Source: Pseudomonas sp.
Lineage (GTDB): Bacteria > Pseudomonadota > Gammaproteobacteria > Pseudomonadales > Pseudomonadaceae
Direction: 5' to 3'
DNA length: 64,000 bases
Assembly (NCBI GenBank): GCA_036387095.1
Contig: DASVUK010000146.1
Coordinates: 45,459-109,458 of the forward strand
Part shown: piece after piece, positions 43,802-53,058 of the stretch
Layout: the number at the start of each line of letters is the position of its first letter
How positions within the stretch are numbered: the first letter of the stretch is position 1
Made by a program: the position numbers and the translations under genes
Notes under the pieces: generated by a model
Told to the model about the DNA's origin: nothing
The model's database searches: none
Seen by the model: only the letters and a program-made list of their open reading frames with translations

Positions 43802-45051
43802 ATGAATCAGTCGACTTGCTGATCATCGGCGCAGGTCCGTCAGGGATGGCAGCAGCCTTGGCAGCCGCCCCCAGCGGTGCGCACATCACGCTGATCGACG
43901 ACAACCCGCTGCCGGGCGGTCAGATCTGGCGCGACGGCCCGCAGGCGAATATCCCCTCTGAAGCGCGATCCATGCGCGAGCAGCTTCAGGCGCATCCCAA
44001 CATCCGTATACACAGCGCCACCAAAGTCATCGCCCGTGGCGGCCCCCGGCAATTGCTGGTGGAAGATGCCGACCACGGCTGGCTCATCGATTATCAAAAG
44101 CTGATTCTGTGTACCGGTGCTCGGGAATTGCTGCTGCCCTTCCCTGGCTGGACCTTGCCGGGCGTCACTGGCGCGGGCGGGCTTCAAGCGCTTATCAAGG
44201 GCGGGCTTTCGGTCGCCCATGAACGCTTGGTTATTGCAGGCAGTGGTCCGCTATTGCTGGCCAGTGCCGCGACTGCCAAAGCCAAGGGTGCCCAGGTTTT
44301 ACGCATCGCCGAGCAGGCGTCGTTCGGGGCCGTGGCCGGTTTTGCCGCTGGCCTTTGGCAATGGCCGGACAAGGCCCGGCAAGCGCTGCAATTGTTCGAT
44401 CGGCAGTATCGGGCGGGCAGTCATATCGTTGCCGCCTTCGGCACGGATCGCCTGGAAGGCGTGCGAATCCAGACGGGCAAGCGCATTGAAGAGATGGCCT
44501 GCGAACGCCTCGCCTGCGGCTTTGGCCTGGTGCCCAACGTCGAGTTGGGTCAGGCACTGGGCTGCGAGGTGCGTGAGCGGGCCATCGCGGTGGGTGAATG
44601 GCAGGCGACAAGCCTTGAACATCATTTCGCCGCTGGGGAATGCACCGGTTTCGGCGGCAGCGAACTGGCGTTGGTGGAGGGCCGCATCGCCGGTTTTGCC
44701 GCCGCAGGATTGCCTGAAGAGGCCAAAGCGCTATGGCCCCGGCGCCAGCATTGGCAAGGTTTTGCGGATCGATTGCAGCGCAGCTTCGCGCTTGCCCCAG
44801 CGATCAAACAGCTCGCCAAACCCGATACGCTGGTCTGTCGCTGCGAGGACGTATCTTTTGCGGCGCTGGCCGAGCATCCCGACTGGAAACACGCCAAGCT
44901 CGCCACTCGCTGCGGCATGGGCGCTTGTCAGGGACGCATCTGCTCAACAGCGACGCAAACCCTGTTCGGCTGGGAGCCGCCCCCGTCCCGCCCGCCGTTC
45001 AGCCCGGCGCGGGTGGAGACGTTGATGCAGTTGAGTTCCGATCAACCGTAG
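43798..45051 (+). CDS. D-hydroxyproline dehydrogenase alpha subunit (FAD/Fe-S)
   Basis: IGAGPSG, PGGQIWR, TGARE.LLPFPGWTLPGV, CRCEDV and RCGMGACQGRIC. Confidence 0.85.
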   Translation: MNESVDLLIIGAGPSGMAAALAAAPSGAHITLIDDNPLPGGQIWRDGPQANIPSEARSMREQLQAHPNIRIHSATKVIARGGPRQLLVEDADHGWLIDYQKLILCTGARELLLPFPGWTLPGVTGAGGLQALIKGGLSVAHERLVIAGSGPLLLASAATAKAKGAQVLRIAEQASFGAVAGFAAGLWQWPDKARQALQLFDRQYRAGSHIVAAFGTDRLEGVRIQTGKRIEEMACERLACGFGLVPNVELGQALGCEVRERAIAVGEWQATSLEHHFAAGECTGFGGSELALVEGRIAGFAAAGLPEEAKALWPRRQHWQGFADRLQRSFALAPAIKQLAKPDTLVCRCEDVSFAALAEHPDWKHAKLATRCGMGACQGRICSTATQTLFGWEPPPSRPPFSPARVETLMQLSSDQP

Positions 45052-45070
45052 GAGCCAACTTGTTGGCGAG
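45048..45070 (+). repeat. Singleton REP overlapping a stop codon
   Basis: GTAGGAGCCAACTTGTTGGCGAG; its TAG (45049-45051) is the alpha-subunit stop. Confidence 0.75.
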
Positions 45071-45139
45071 ACGGCGGCCCTGTATTAACCCCGCATCTTG
45101 CAGCATGATCCAGCCACCGCCCTGCTTCGGCCACCTTCG

Positions 45140-45889
45140 ATGCTCGACCTCACCCAAACCCCAGCTCCGCGTGATCTCGAACAGTTGCTCACCAGCCTTG
45201 CACTGGTCGCGCCGCTGTTCGATGCCCTTCCCGGCGTGGTGTTTTTCATCAAGGACACGCAGGCGCGCTATGCATTGGTCAACCACACGCTGGCGTCGCG
45301 CTTGGGATTCAAGGACAAAACCGAGCTGGTGGGACGCACGGCCGAGGAAGTATTTCCCGCACGCTTCGGCCCGCAATACACCGAGCAGGACCGCCGGGTG
45401 CTCGCCGATGGCAGGCAACTGACCGATCAACTGGAATTGCACCTTTATTACGGCAATCAACCTGTCTGGTGCCTGACCCATAAACTGGCCTTGAGAGATC
45501 AGTCGGGGGCCATCATCGGTCTGGCAGGCACTTCCCGGGATTTGCAATTGCCGCAGTCCACGCACCCGGCGTATCCAAAGCTGGTCGCCGTGGATGCCCA
45601 TATTCGCGAGCATTTCGCCCGGCCCATCAGCCTCGCCGAATTGACCGCCATCGCCGGGCTTTCAATCGCGCAGCTGGAGCGCCAGTGCAAGCGCATCTTC
45701 CAGCTCACGCCCCGGCAGATGATTCACAAGGCCCGCTTGGGCGAAGCATCGCGGCTGTTGTTGCAAGAACTGTCCATCACCGAAATCGCCTTGCGCTGCG
45801 GGTATACCGATCACAGCGCGTTCAGCCGTCAATTTCGGGCGCTGACCGGCTTTTCCCCCACTCAGTATCGGGCGTCGCATCAGGCGTAG
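45140..45889 (+). CDS. lhpR: AraC-family regulator with N-terminal PAS fold (LhpR-like); start may be TTG 45098
   Basis: FFIKD...RY..VN PAS; ITEIALRCGYTDHSAFSRQFRALTG AraC HTH; position in the lhp cluster. Confidence 0.8.
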   Translation: MLDLTQTPAPRDLEQLLTSLALVAPLFDALPGVVFFIKDTQARYALVNHTLASRLGFKDKTELVGRTAEEVFPARFGPQYTEQDRRVLADGRQLTDQLELHLYYGNQPVWCLTHKLALRDQSGAIIGLAGTSRDLQLPQSTHPAYPKLVAVDAHIREHFARPISLAELTAIAGLSIAQLERQCKRIFQLTPRQMIHKARLGEASRLLLQELSITEIALRCGYTDHSAFSRQFRALTGFSPTQYRASHQA

Positions 45890-46050
45890 ATCCGCTGGTC
45901 GCTGTGCACCAATGAAGCATCCCAGCGGGATTTGCTCCCTTATGTAACAGCTCGGGATCATCTTCGATTCCGGGCGCACGCGCCTGAGCCGCTGAATTCC
46001 TTGCCTACAGTGATTTCTAGAGAAACAGGCACAACCTGTGCATATCAAAT

Positions 46051-46064
46051 ATCGTATACGAAAT
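46051..46064. promoter_or_regulatory. Candidate GntR operator, copy 2
   Basis: Perfect palindrome TCGTATACGA (46052-46061) followed by AAT, upstream of the binding-protein gene. Confidence 0.55.
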
Positions 46065-46105
46065 TACTTATCCCAATTTCTTGCACCCGCATTCACGAGG
46101 CCACC

Positions 46106-46918
46106 ATGAAAAATCCAGCTGTCGCTGCAGCCCTGCTTGCCGCAATGAGTGTTTCCATCATCAGTACCGCACAGGCCGATAAGCTCGATGACATCATCGA
46201 CTCCGGCAAGCTGCGCTGTGCGGTGACGCTGGACTTCCCGCCCATGGGCCTGCGCGATGAAAAGAATGTGCCGGTGGGCTTCGACGTCGATTACTGCAAT
46301 GACCTGGCAAAAGTGCTGGGCGTGACGGCAGAAATCGTCGAGACGCCGTTCCCGGACCGGATTCCAGCGCTGGTCTCGGGCCGCGCCGACATTATCGTGG
46401 CCTCGACTTCCGACACGCTGGAGCGCGCCAAGACCGTGGCAATGAGCGTGCCCTACTTCGCGTTTTCTATGGTGGTGCTGACCCGGGAGAACACCTCGAT
46501 CAACAGTTACGAAGACCTCAAGGGCAAGCCGGTCGGCAACACCAGCGGCACTTTTGAAGCCATCGCCCTGGAGAAAGACCAGAAGAAATGGGGCAGCGGC
46601 AGCTTCCGCGCCTATCAGACCCAGAACGACACCATCCTGGCCGTCGCCCAAGGGCATATCGATGCGTCGGTGGTCACCAATACCGTCGCGGCCGCCACCA
46701 TCAAATCCGGCAAGTACAAGGGTTTGAAAGTCGCGGGCAACGCACCTTACGTCATCGACTATGTGGCACTGGCCGCCAAGCGCAATGAATACGGTTTGAT
46801 CAATTACCTGAACCTGTTCGTCAACCAACAAGTGCGCACCGGGCGCTACGCTGAACTGTATGAAAAATGGGTTGGCGGCAAGCCGGTGGACCTGACCGTG
46901 CCGGGGGTTTATCGCTGA
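46106..46918 (+). CDS. Polar amino acid ABC transporter substrate-binding protein (hydroxyproline uptake)
   Basis: Signal peptide, DFPPMG, GFDVD, RIPALVSGRAD and TLERAK. Confidence 0.88.
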   Translation: MKNPAVAAALLAAMSVSIISTAQADKLDDIIDSGKLRCAVTLDFPPMGLRDEKNVPVGFDVDYCNDLAKVLGVTAEIVETPFPDRIPALVSGRADIIVASTSDTLERAKTVAMSVPYFAFSMVVLTRENTSINSYEDLKGKPVGNTSGTFEAIALEKDQKKWGSGSFRAYQTQNDTILAVAQGHIDASVVTNTVAAATIKSGKYKGLKVAGNAPYVIDYVALAAKRNEYGLINYLNLFVNQQVRTGRYAELYEKWVGGKPVDLTVPGVYR

Positions 46919-46934
46919 TTTATCGATGCCATTG

Positions 46935-47009
46935 GTGGGAGCAACTGTTGGCGAAATAGAGGTCTTGGGTGACCGGAAATATCGCCTCGCGAACACGTTC
47001 GCTCCTACA
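46935..47009. repeat. REPIN (one degenerate arm)
   Basis: GTGGGAGCAACTGTTGGCGAA ... CTCGCGAACACGTTCGCTCCTACA. Confidence 0.75.
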
Positions 47010-47041
47010 GCTTCAGCCAGATACCTCTTCGGGAGTCCTTC

Positions 47042-48814
47042 ATGCCAGATGTTTCACTCAACGGCCGTTGTCTGGTCAGCGGTTCGGCCCAGGGCGAGTT
47101 GCTCTGGGCCGATATCGGCTTGAGTTTCTGGGGCGGTGTCGATCCGTTCAGCGGTGAGGTCATCGACCGGCATCATCCGCTGAGCGGGCAGACGATCCGC
47201 GGTCGGGTGCTGGCGATTCCCAGTGGGCGAGGCTCCTGCACCGGCAGCAGCGTGTTGCTGGAGTTGATCCTCAATGGCCATGCACCGGCGGCATTGGTGT
47301 TCGAGCAGGTAGACGACATCCTGACCTTGGGGGTGATCATCGCCGAGCAGATGTTCGAACGCTCCATTCCAGTCATCAGCCTGGGGCGCGAAGGATTTAC
47401 CGCGCTGCAAGGCATGTCCCACGTACAGGTGCATGCCGATCAGCTCCAGGGTTTTATCGATCCACCCCAAACCCTGGCTGAATACCTCGCACCGGCGACG
47501 GAAACTCAGTGGCAAGCGCACCTGACTCTGAGCGAAAAGGACCAGCATTTTCTCGACGGCCGGTTTGGCAAAGCGGCACAAGTCGCCATGGGCATTATCG
47601 TGCGCATGGCTCAATTGCAAGGTGCCAGCCAATTGCTGGACATCACTCAAGCCCATATAGATGGCTGCATTTATACCGGCCCGGCGAGCCTGCGGTTTGC
47701 GCAGCAGCTGGTGCAATGGGGCGCCAACGTGCGCGTGCCGACGACGCTGAATTCCATCTCCGTGGACAAGCGCCGCTGGCGAGCGCTGGGCATCGACAGC
47801 GCTCTGGGCGAGCCGGCCAGCCAACTGGGCGACGCTTACCTGAACATGGGCGCAACCCTGAGTTTCACCTGCGCGCCCTACCTGCTGGACAGCGCGCCCA
47901 AGGCGGGCGAGCAAATCGTCTGGGCTGAATCCAATGCGGTGGTCTACGCCAACAGTGTCATCGGCGCCTACACCCTGAAATACCCGGACTACCTCGACAT
48001 CTGCATCGCCCTCACCGGCCGCGCGCCCTTGACCGGCTGTCATCTGGCGGAGCAACGCCACGCGCAGGTGCGCATTGAACTGCCTGCGCTGAGCGAACTG
48101 GACGACAGCTTCTATCCATTGCTGGGCTATCACATCGGGTTGCTGTGCAGCAGCGAGATTCCGTTGGTGTGCGGCCTCGAACACGCACGGCCCAGCCTGG
48201 ACGACCTGAAAGCCTTCGGCGCAGCGTTCGCCACCACCTCGGCAGCGCCGATGTTTCACATTGCGGGCGTCACGCCCGAAGCCATGAGCGTCGAGCAGGC
48301 CCTTGGCGGAAAAGCGCCAGTGCGTATCGAACACATTACCCACGGGCAACTGCTCAACAGTTGGCGGGAGCTGGACAGCGCGCCGCAACCGCAAGTGGAT
48401 CTGATTTCCCTGGGCAACCCGCATTTTTCGGTCAGCGAATTCGCCACGCTGGCCAGGCTGTGTGACGGCAAGCGTCGGCATCCGGACGTACCGCTGGTGA
48501 TCACCTGCGGTCGCGATGTGCTGGAAAAGGCCCGACAGGCTGGCGACGTAGCCGTGCTGGAAGCCTTCGGCGCGCAGCTTGTGACGGACACTTGCTGGTG
48601 CATGCTGGGCGAACCGGTGGTCCCCGTCGCGGCCCGGACACTGATGACCAACTCGGGCAAATACGCCCACTACGCGCCGGGTCTGGTTGGGCGTCAGGTG
48701 CATTTCGCCAGCCTCGCCGAATGTGTCGCCACAGCGTGCAGCGGCGTGGCCAGCGGGCGTCTGCCCGCCTGGCTGGATCAGCCGGCCATGCCGGTGGAGC
48801 CTGCCCATGTTTGA
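47042..48814 (+). CDS. lhpI: Aconitase X, cis-3-hydroxy-L-proline dehydratase (fused DUF126-DUF521)
   Basis: LSFWGGVDP, GRGSCTGS, AHIDGCIY, FTCAPY, WAESNAV, GNPH, DTCWC and TNSGKYAHY. Confidence 0.88.
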   Translation: MPDVSLNGRCLVSGSAQGELLWADIGLSFWGGVDPFSGEVIDRHHPLSGQTIRGRVLAIPSGRGSCTGSSVLLELILNGHAPAALVFEQVDDILTLGVIIAEQMFERSIPVISLGREGFTALQGMSHVQVHADQLQGFIDPPQTLAEYLAPATETQWQAHLTLSEKDQHFLDGRFGKAAQVAMGIIVRMAQLQGASQLLDITQAHIDGCIYTGPASLRFAQQLVQWGANVRVPTTLNSISVDKRRWRALGIDSALGEPASQLGDAYLNMGATLSFTCAPYLLDSAPKAGEQIVWAESNAVVYANSVIGAYTLKYPDYLDICIALTGRAPLTGCHLAEQRHAQVRIELPALSELDDSFYPLLGYHIGLLCSSEIPLVCGLEHARPSLDDLKAFGAAFATTSAAPMFHIAGVTPEAMSVEQALGGKAPVRIEHITHGQLLNSWRELDSAPQPQVDLISLGNPHFSVSEFATLARLCDGKRRHPDVPLVITCGRDVLEKARQAGDVAVLEAFGAQLVTDTCWCMLGEPVVPVAARTLMTNSGKYAHYAPGLVGRQVHFASLAECVATACSGVASGRLPAWLDQPAMPVEPAHV

Positions 48815-49472
48815 TTACAGCTTCCATTGGCGCGCCGCCTTCAAAGCCTTGCCAGACATGCTCGGCGGCGCCTGGGTGACGTTCGAGACCGCCGCCCTGT
48901 CGATGATTCTCGGCGTGCTGATCGCCTTGTGCCTGACCTTCATGCGCCAAGGCAAAAATCCAGTCCTGCGGGGCTTTTCCGCCAGCTGGATTTCCATCGC
49001 CCGCAACACGCCGTCGCTGTTTCAGGTGTACATCCTGTATTTCGGCCTCGGCTCGTTCGGGCTGCACATCAGTTCATGGGTGGCGTTGCTGGCGGGGATC
49101 ACTATCAACAACGCCGGGTATCTGGCGGAGAACTTTCGCGGCGGTCTCAAGGCCGTGCCGGACACGCAACTGCGTGCCGCCCGCTCCCTGGGCATGAGCG
49201 CGCCCCAGGCGTATCGCCTGATCGTCATCCCGCAATTGCTGCGCATCGTGTTTTACCCGCTGACCAATCAGATGGTCTGGGCAGTATTGATGACGTCCAT
49301 GGGCGTGATCGTCGGCCTCAACGACGACCTGACCGGCGTCACCCAGGACTACAACGTGAAGACCTTCCGCACCTTCGAGTTCTTCGCCATTGCGGCGGTG
49401 CTCTATTACTTGCTCGCCAAGGCCATCGTGTTCCTCGCACGGCTGCTGTCCTGGCGCCTGTTCCGGTATTGA
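48807..49472 (+). CDS. Polar amino acid ABC transporter permease
   Basis: RNTPSLFQ, AENFRGG..AV and AARSLGM EAA loop. Confidence 0.9.
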   Translation: MFDYSFHWRAAFKALPDMLGGAWVTFETAALSMILGVLIALCLTFMRQGKNPVLRGFSASWISIARNTPSLFQVYILYFGLGSFGLHISSWVALLAGITINNAGYLAENFRGGLKAVPDTQLRAARSLGMSAPQAYRLIVIPQLLRIVFYPLTNQMVWAVLMTSMGVIVGLNDDLTGVTQDYNVKTFRTFEFFAIAAVLYYLLAKAIVFLARLLSWRLFRY

Positions 49473-49496
49473 GGCCAGTATTGATGGGGCATCGAC

Positions 49497-50147
49497 ATGT
49501 TCAATAGCAGCTTTACCTGGAACGACCTGCTGTTCCTGCTGGACGGCGCGAAAGTGACGATTCTGCTGACTCTCGCCTCCATGGCCATCGGCACTGTGGC
49601 CGGGGTGATCTGCGGTTTCCTGCGCGCCTTGCTGCCCCGATCCACCCTCCCGCTGGCGTGGGTGCTGGATGTGTTTCGCAGCGTGCCGTTGTTGATTCAG
49701 TTCGTGCTGTTCAACGCCCTGAAAAGCATCGTTGGCCTGAACTGGACGGCGTTCGCCGTGGCCTGCGTGGTGCTCGGGCTGTATGTCACCGCGTATTGCA
49801 CTGAGGTCGTGCGCAGCGGCGTGCTGTCGGTGCCAATGAGCGTGCGCCGCGCCAGCCGTTCTTTAGGCCTGACGTATTGGCAGGACTTGCGCCAGATCGT
49901 GTTGCCCATGGCGACGCGGGTGGCGTTCCCCGGCTGGGTCAATCTGTTGCTGGGCGTGATGAAAGACACGTCGCTGGTGATGTGGATCGGCATTGTCGAA
50001 CTGCTGCGCGCTTCGCAAACCATCGTGACCCGGATTCAGGAACCGCTGCTGGTGCTGTGCATCGCCGGCGCGATTTATTACGTGATGAGCCTGGTGGTTG
50101 CCCGTCTCGGCGCCCGACTGGAAGCAAGGTGGCAGGAAAATGATTGA
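49497..50147 (+). CDS. Polar amino acid ABC transporter permease
   Basis: FRSVPLLIQ, EVVRSG, ASRSLGL and KDTSL. Confidence 0.9.
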   Translation: MFNSSFTWNDLLFLLDGAKVTILLTLASMAIGTVAGVICGFLRALLPRSTLPLAWVLDVFRSVPLLIQFVLFNALKSIVGLNWTAFAVACVVLGLYVTAYCTEVVRSGVLSVPMSVRRASRSLGLTYWQDLRQIVLPMATRVAFPGWVNLLLGVMKDTSLVMWIGIVELLRASQTIVTRIQEPLLVLCIAGAIYYVMSLVVARLGARLEARWQEND

Positions 50148-50862
50148 AATCGACAAGGTACATAAGTCATTCGGCGAACTTGAGGTCATCAAGGGCGTCA
50201 GCCTGACCGTCAACAAAGGCGAAGTGGTGTCGATCATCGGCGGCTCGGGCTCGGGTAAATCGACGCTGCTGATGTGCATCAACGGTCTGGAGTCGATCAA
50301 GAGCGGCAGCATTCGCGTGGATGGCACCGAAGTGCACGCCAAAGGCACCGACATCAACAAGCTGCGGCAGAAAATCGGCATCGTCTTTCAGCAATGGAAC
50401 GCGTTTCCGCACCTGACCGTAATGGAAAACGTGATGCTGGCGCCGCGCACCGTGTTGGGCAAAAGCAAGGCCGAAGCCGAAGAGCTGGCGGTCCGCCAGC
50501 TGACGCATGTGGGCCTGGCGGACAAGCTCAAGGTCTTCCCCGGCAAGCTGTCCGGTGGCCAGCAACAGCGCATGGCCATTGCCCGCGCCTTGGCGATGTC
50601 GCCGGACTACATGCTGTTCGACGAGGCCACTTCGGCCCTGGACCCGCAACTGGTGGGTGAAGTGCTGGACACCATGCGCATGCTGGCCGAGGACGGCATG
50701 ACCATGATTCTGGTGACCCACGAGATCCGCTTTGCCCGTGACGTGTCGGATCGCGTGGCGTTTTTCCGCAACGGACTGGTGCATGAAATCGGCACGCCGG
50801 AGCAGGTCATCGGCAACCCGCAGCGGCCGGAAACCGCTGATTTCCTCAAGTCCATCAACTAG
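50140..50862 (+). CDS. Polar amino acid ABC transporter ATPase
   Basis: GGSGSGKST, LSGGQQQR, FDEATSALDP and VTHE. Confidence 0.93.
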   Translation: MIEIDKVHKSFGELEVIKGVSLTVNKGEVVSIIGGSGSGKSTLLMCINGLESIKSGSIRVDGTEVHAKGTDINKLRQKIGIVFQQWNAFPHLTVMENVMLAPRTVLGKSKAEAEELAVRQLTHVGLADKLKVFPGKLSGGQQQRMAIARALAMSPDYMLFDEATSALDPQLVGEVLDTMRMLAEDGMTMILVTHEIRFARDVSDRVAFFRNGLVHEIGTPEQVIGNPQRPETADFLKSIN

Positions 50863-50874
50863 GAGGCCCGCCAG

Positions 50875-51912
50875 ATGCGTTCATCGAAGGTTATCCATGT
50901 GGTCAGTTGCCATGCGGAGGGTGAAGTCGGCGATGTGATCGTCGGCGGCGTTGCACCACCGCCCGGCGATACGCTGTGGGAGCAATCACGCTGGATCGAG
51001 CGGGACAACGTGCTGCGCAACTTCATGCTCAACGAACCCCGGGGTGGCGTGTTCCGCCATGTGAACCTGCTGGTGCCGCCCAAGCATCCAAAGGCGCAGA
51101 TGGGCTGGATCATCATGGAGCCCGCCGACGTGCCGCCCATGTCCGGCTCCAATTCGCTGTGCGTCGCGACGGTGCTGCTCGATACCGGCATTCTGCCCAT
51201 GACCGAACCGGAAACCCGCCTGGTTCTGGAAGCGCCCGGCGGTTTGATCGAGGCCGTGGCGCAATGCAAGGACGGCAAAGTGGTGAGCGTCGAAATCCGC
51301 AACCTGCCGTCCTTCGCCGACAAGCTTGGCGCATGGATCGAGGTGCCGGGGATCGGTTCTATTCCAGTGGACACAGCCTACGGCGGCGACAGTTTCGCGA
51401 TTGTCGATTCGACCAGACTGGGCTTTGCGCTGACCGCCGATGAGGCTAAGGATCTGGTGGAAACCGGTCTGAAAATAACCCTCGCCGCCAACGAACAATT
51501 GGGTTTCGAACACCCGCTGAACCCAGACTGGAAACACATTTCCTTTTGCCAGATCGCCGCGCCGCTGAGTTATGAACAAGGCGTCGCCACAGCGGCCAAC
51601 GCGGTGGTGATCCGCCCCGGCAAGATCGACCGCTCGCCGTGCGGCACCGGCTGTTCGGCGCGCATGGCCGTGCTGCATGCCAAAGGCGAGCTGGCAGTGG
51701 GCGAACGGTTCGTCGGGCGTTCGATCATCGGTTCGCAATTCAACTGCCGCATCGACAGCCTCACCGAAGTGGCCGGGCGCACAGCGATTGTTCCGGCGCT
51801 GTCGGGTCGGGCATGGATTACCGGAACTCATCAACACCTGTTGGACCCGACCGATCCGTGGCCCGAGGGCTATCAGTTGTCGGACACCTGGCCGGTGGGG
51901 TTGCAGCTTTAG
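50875..51912 (+). CDS. Proline racemase-family protein, probable trans-3-hydroxy-L-proline dehydratase
   Basis: [15 protein letters not shown] and IDRSPCGTG (Ser/Cys dyad); activity inferred from context. Confidence 0.7.
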   Translation: MRSSKVIHVVSCHAEGEVGDVIVGGVAPPPGDTLWEQSRWIERDNVLRNFMLNEPRGGVFRHVNLLVPPKHPKAQMGWIIMEPADVPPMSGSNSLCVATVLLDTGILPMTEPETRLVLEAPGGLIEAVAQCKDGKVVSVEIRNLPSFADKLGAWIEVPGIGSIPVDTAYGGDSFAIVDSTRLGFALTADEAKDLVETGLKITLAANEQLGFEHPLNPDWKHISFCQIAAPLSYEQGVATAANAVVIRPGKIDRSPCGTGCSARMAVLHAKGELAVGERFVGRSIIGSQFNCRIDSLTEVAGRTAIVPALSGRAWITGTHQHLLDPTDPWPEGYQLSDTWPVGLQL

Positions 51913-51922
51913 ACATGACCAC

Positions 51923-52001
51923 TGTAGGAGCGAACCTGTTTGCGAGGCGGCCAGCCTGATACAACCCGCCAGGCCCTCTCGCCAACAAGTTGGCTCCTAC
52001 A
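51923..52001. repeat. REPIN
   Basis: TGTAGGAGCGAACCTGTTTGCGAG ... CTCGCCAACAAGTTGGCTCCTACA. Confidence 0.85.
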
Positions 52002-52039
52002 TAAGCCTCGCGCCAACGGGCAGAACTCACCTAAACACG

Positions 52040-52053
52040 AACGTATACGAAAT
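52040..52053. promoter_or_regulatory. Candidate GntR operator, copy 3
   Basis: AACGTATACGAAAT; CGTATACGAAAT is identical to 46053-46064. Confidence 0.55.
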
Positions 52054-52079
52054 ACCATTCACTCAAAACGGAGTCACTC

Positions 52080-52997
52080 ATGAGCCAACACGTATCCTGG
52101 AGCGGCGTTTTCCCTGCCGTCACCACGCAGTTCAACGACGACTTTTCCGTCAATCTGGAAGCTACCCACACAGTTATCGCCAATCTGGTGCGCGACGGCG
52201 TTTCCGGCCTGGTGATTTGTGGCACCGTCGGTGAAAACACGTCCCTGAGCGTCGCCGAGAAAATCAGCCTGGTGGAAGTCGCCAAGGACGCCAGCGCCGG
52301 ACGGGTTCCGGTGATCTCCGGGATTGCCGAGTTCACCAGCTATAACGCCAGCGAAGTCGCCAAACAGGTGGCTAAAGCCGGCGCCGACGGGATCATGCTG
52401 ATGCCGGCGCTGGTGTATTCCTCCAAGCCGTTTGAGACCGCCGCGCATTTTCGGACCGTAGCCGCCGCCACCGATTTGCCAATGATGGTCTACAACAACC
52501 CGCCCATTTATAAGAACGACGTCACGCCGGACATCCTGATTTCCCTGGCCGACTGCGACAACATCGTGTGTTTCAAGGATTCGTCCGGCAACACCAACCG
52601 CTTCATCGACGTGCGCAACGAAGTGGGCGAACGCTTCATCCTGTTCGCCGGACTGGATGACGTGCTGGTGGAAAGCGTCGCGGTCGGTGCGGTGGGTTGG
52701 GTGTCGGGCATGTCCAACGCCTTCCCGAAAGAAGGTGAAACCCTGTTCCGCCTCGCCAAGGCCGGGCGCTTCGCAGAGGCCATGGCGCTTTATGAGTGGT
52801 TCATGCCGCTGCTGCACCTCGATGCCCGCCCGGACCTGGTCCAGTGCATCAAGCTGTGCGAAGCCATCATGCAGCGCGGAAGCGCCCTGACCCGCCCACC
52901 GCGCCTGGCGTTGCCGGATGCGGATCGTACCTACGTCGAGGGCTTGATGGCCAAAGCAATGGCAAACATGCCGGTGCTGCCGGAGGTCGGGTTGTAA
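52080..52997 (+). CDS. lhpC: DHDPS-family protein, probable delta1-pyrroline-4-hydroxy-2-carboxylate deaminase
   Basis: GVFPAVTTQF, GTVGE, YNNP and FKDSSG Schiff-base lysine; Hyp cluster context. Confidence 0.82.
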   Translation: MSQHVSWSGVFPAVTTQFNDDFSVNLEATHTVIANLVRDGVSGLVICGTVGENTSLSVAEKISLVEVAKDASAGRVPVISGIAEFTSYNASEVAKQVAKAGADGIMLMPALVYSSKPFETAAHFRTVAAATDLPMMVYNNPPIYKNDVTPDILISLADCDNIVCFKDSSGNTNRFIDVRNEVGERFILFAGLDDVLVESVAVGAVGWVSGMSNAFPKEGETLFRLAKAGRFAEAMALYEWFMPLLHLDARPDLVQCIKLCEAIMQRGSALTRPPRLALPDADRTYVEGLMAKAMANMPVLPEVGL

Positions 52998-53024
52998 GGC
53001 ACGACTGTCGGGCCGCGGCTTCAT

Positions 53025-53058
53025 CAGGGCAGGCCCGAATGTTCCGGCGCCTGCCCTG
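53025..53058. terminator. Hairpin between convergent lhpC and ttcA
   Basis: CAGGGCAGGC ... GCCTGCCCTG 10-bp inverted repeat; no strong U-tract. Confidence 0.45.

Noticed and set aside
42451-45051. Possible hydrogen cyanide synthase (hcnABC) or opine oxidase
   Set aside because: Same protein families, but the order (beta, 2Fe-2S, alpha) and coupling to a 4-hydroxyproline epimerase fit D-hydroxyproline dehydrogenase.
47054-48808. 584-aa antisense ORF over aconitase X
   Set aside because: Coextensive with the sense gene; typical antisense artefact of codon bias.
52080-52997. dapA (lysine biosynthesis)
   Set aside because: GTVGE instead of GTTGE, and the Hyp cluster context indicates the deaminase subfamily.
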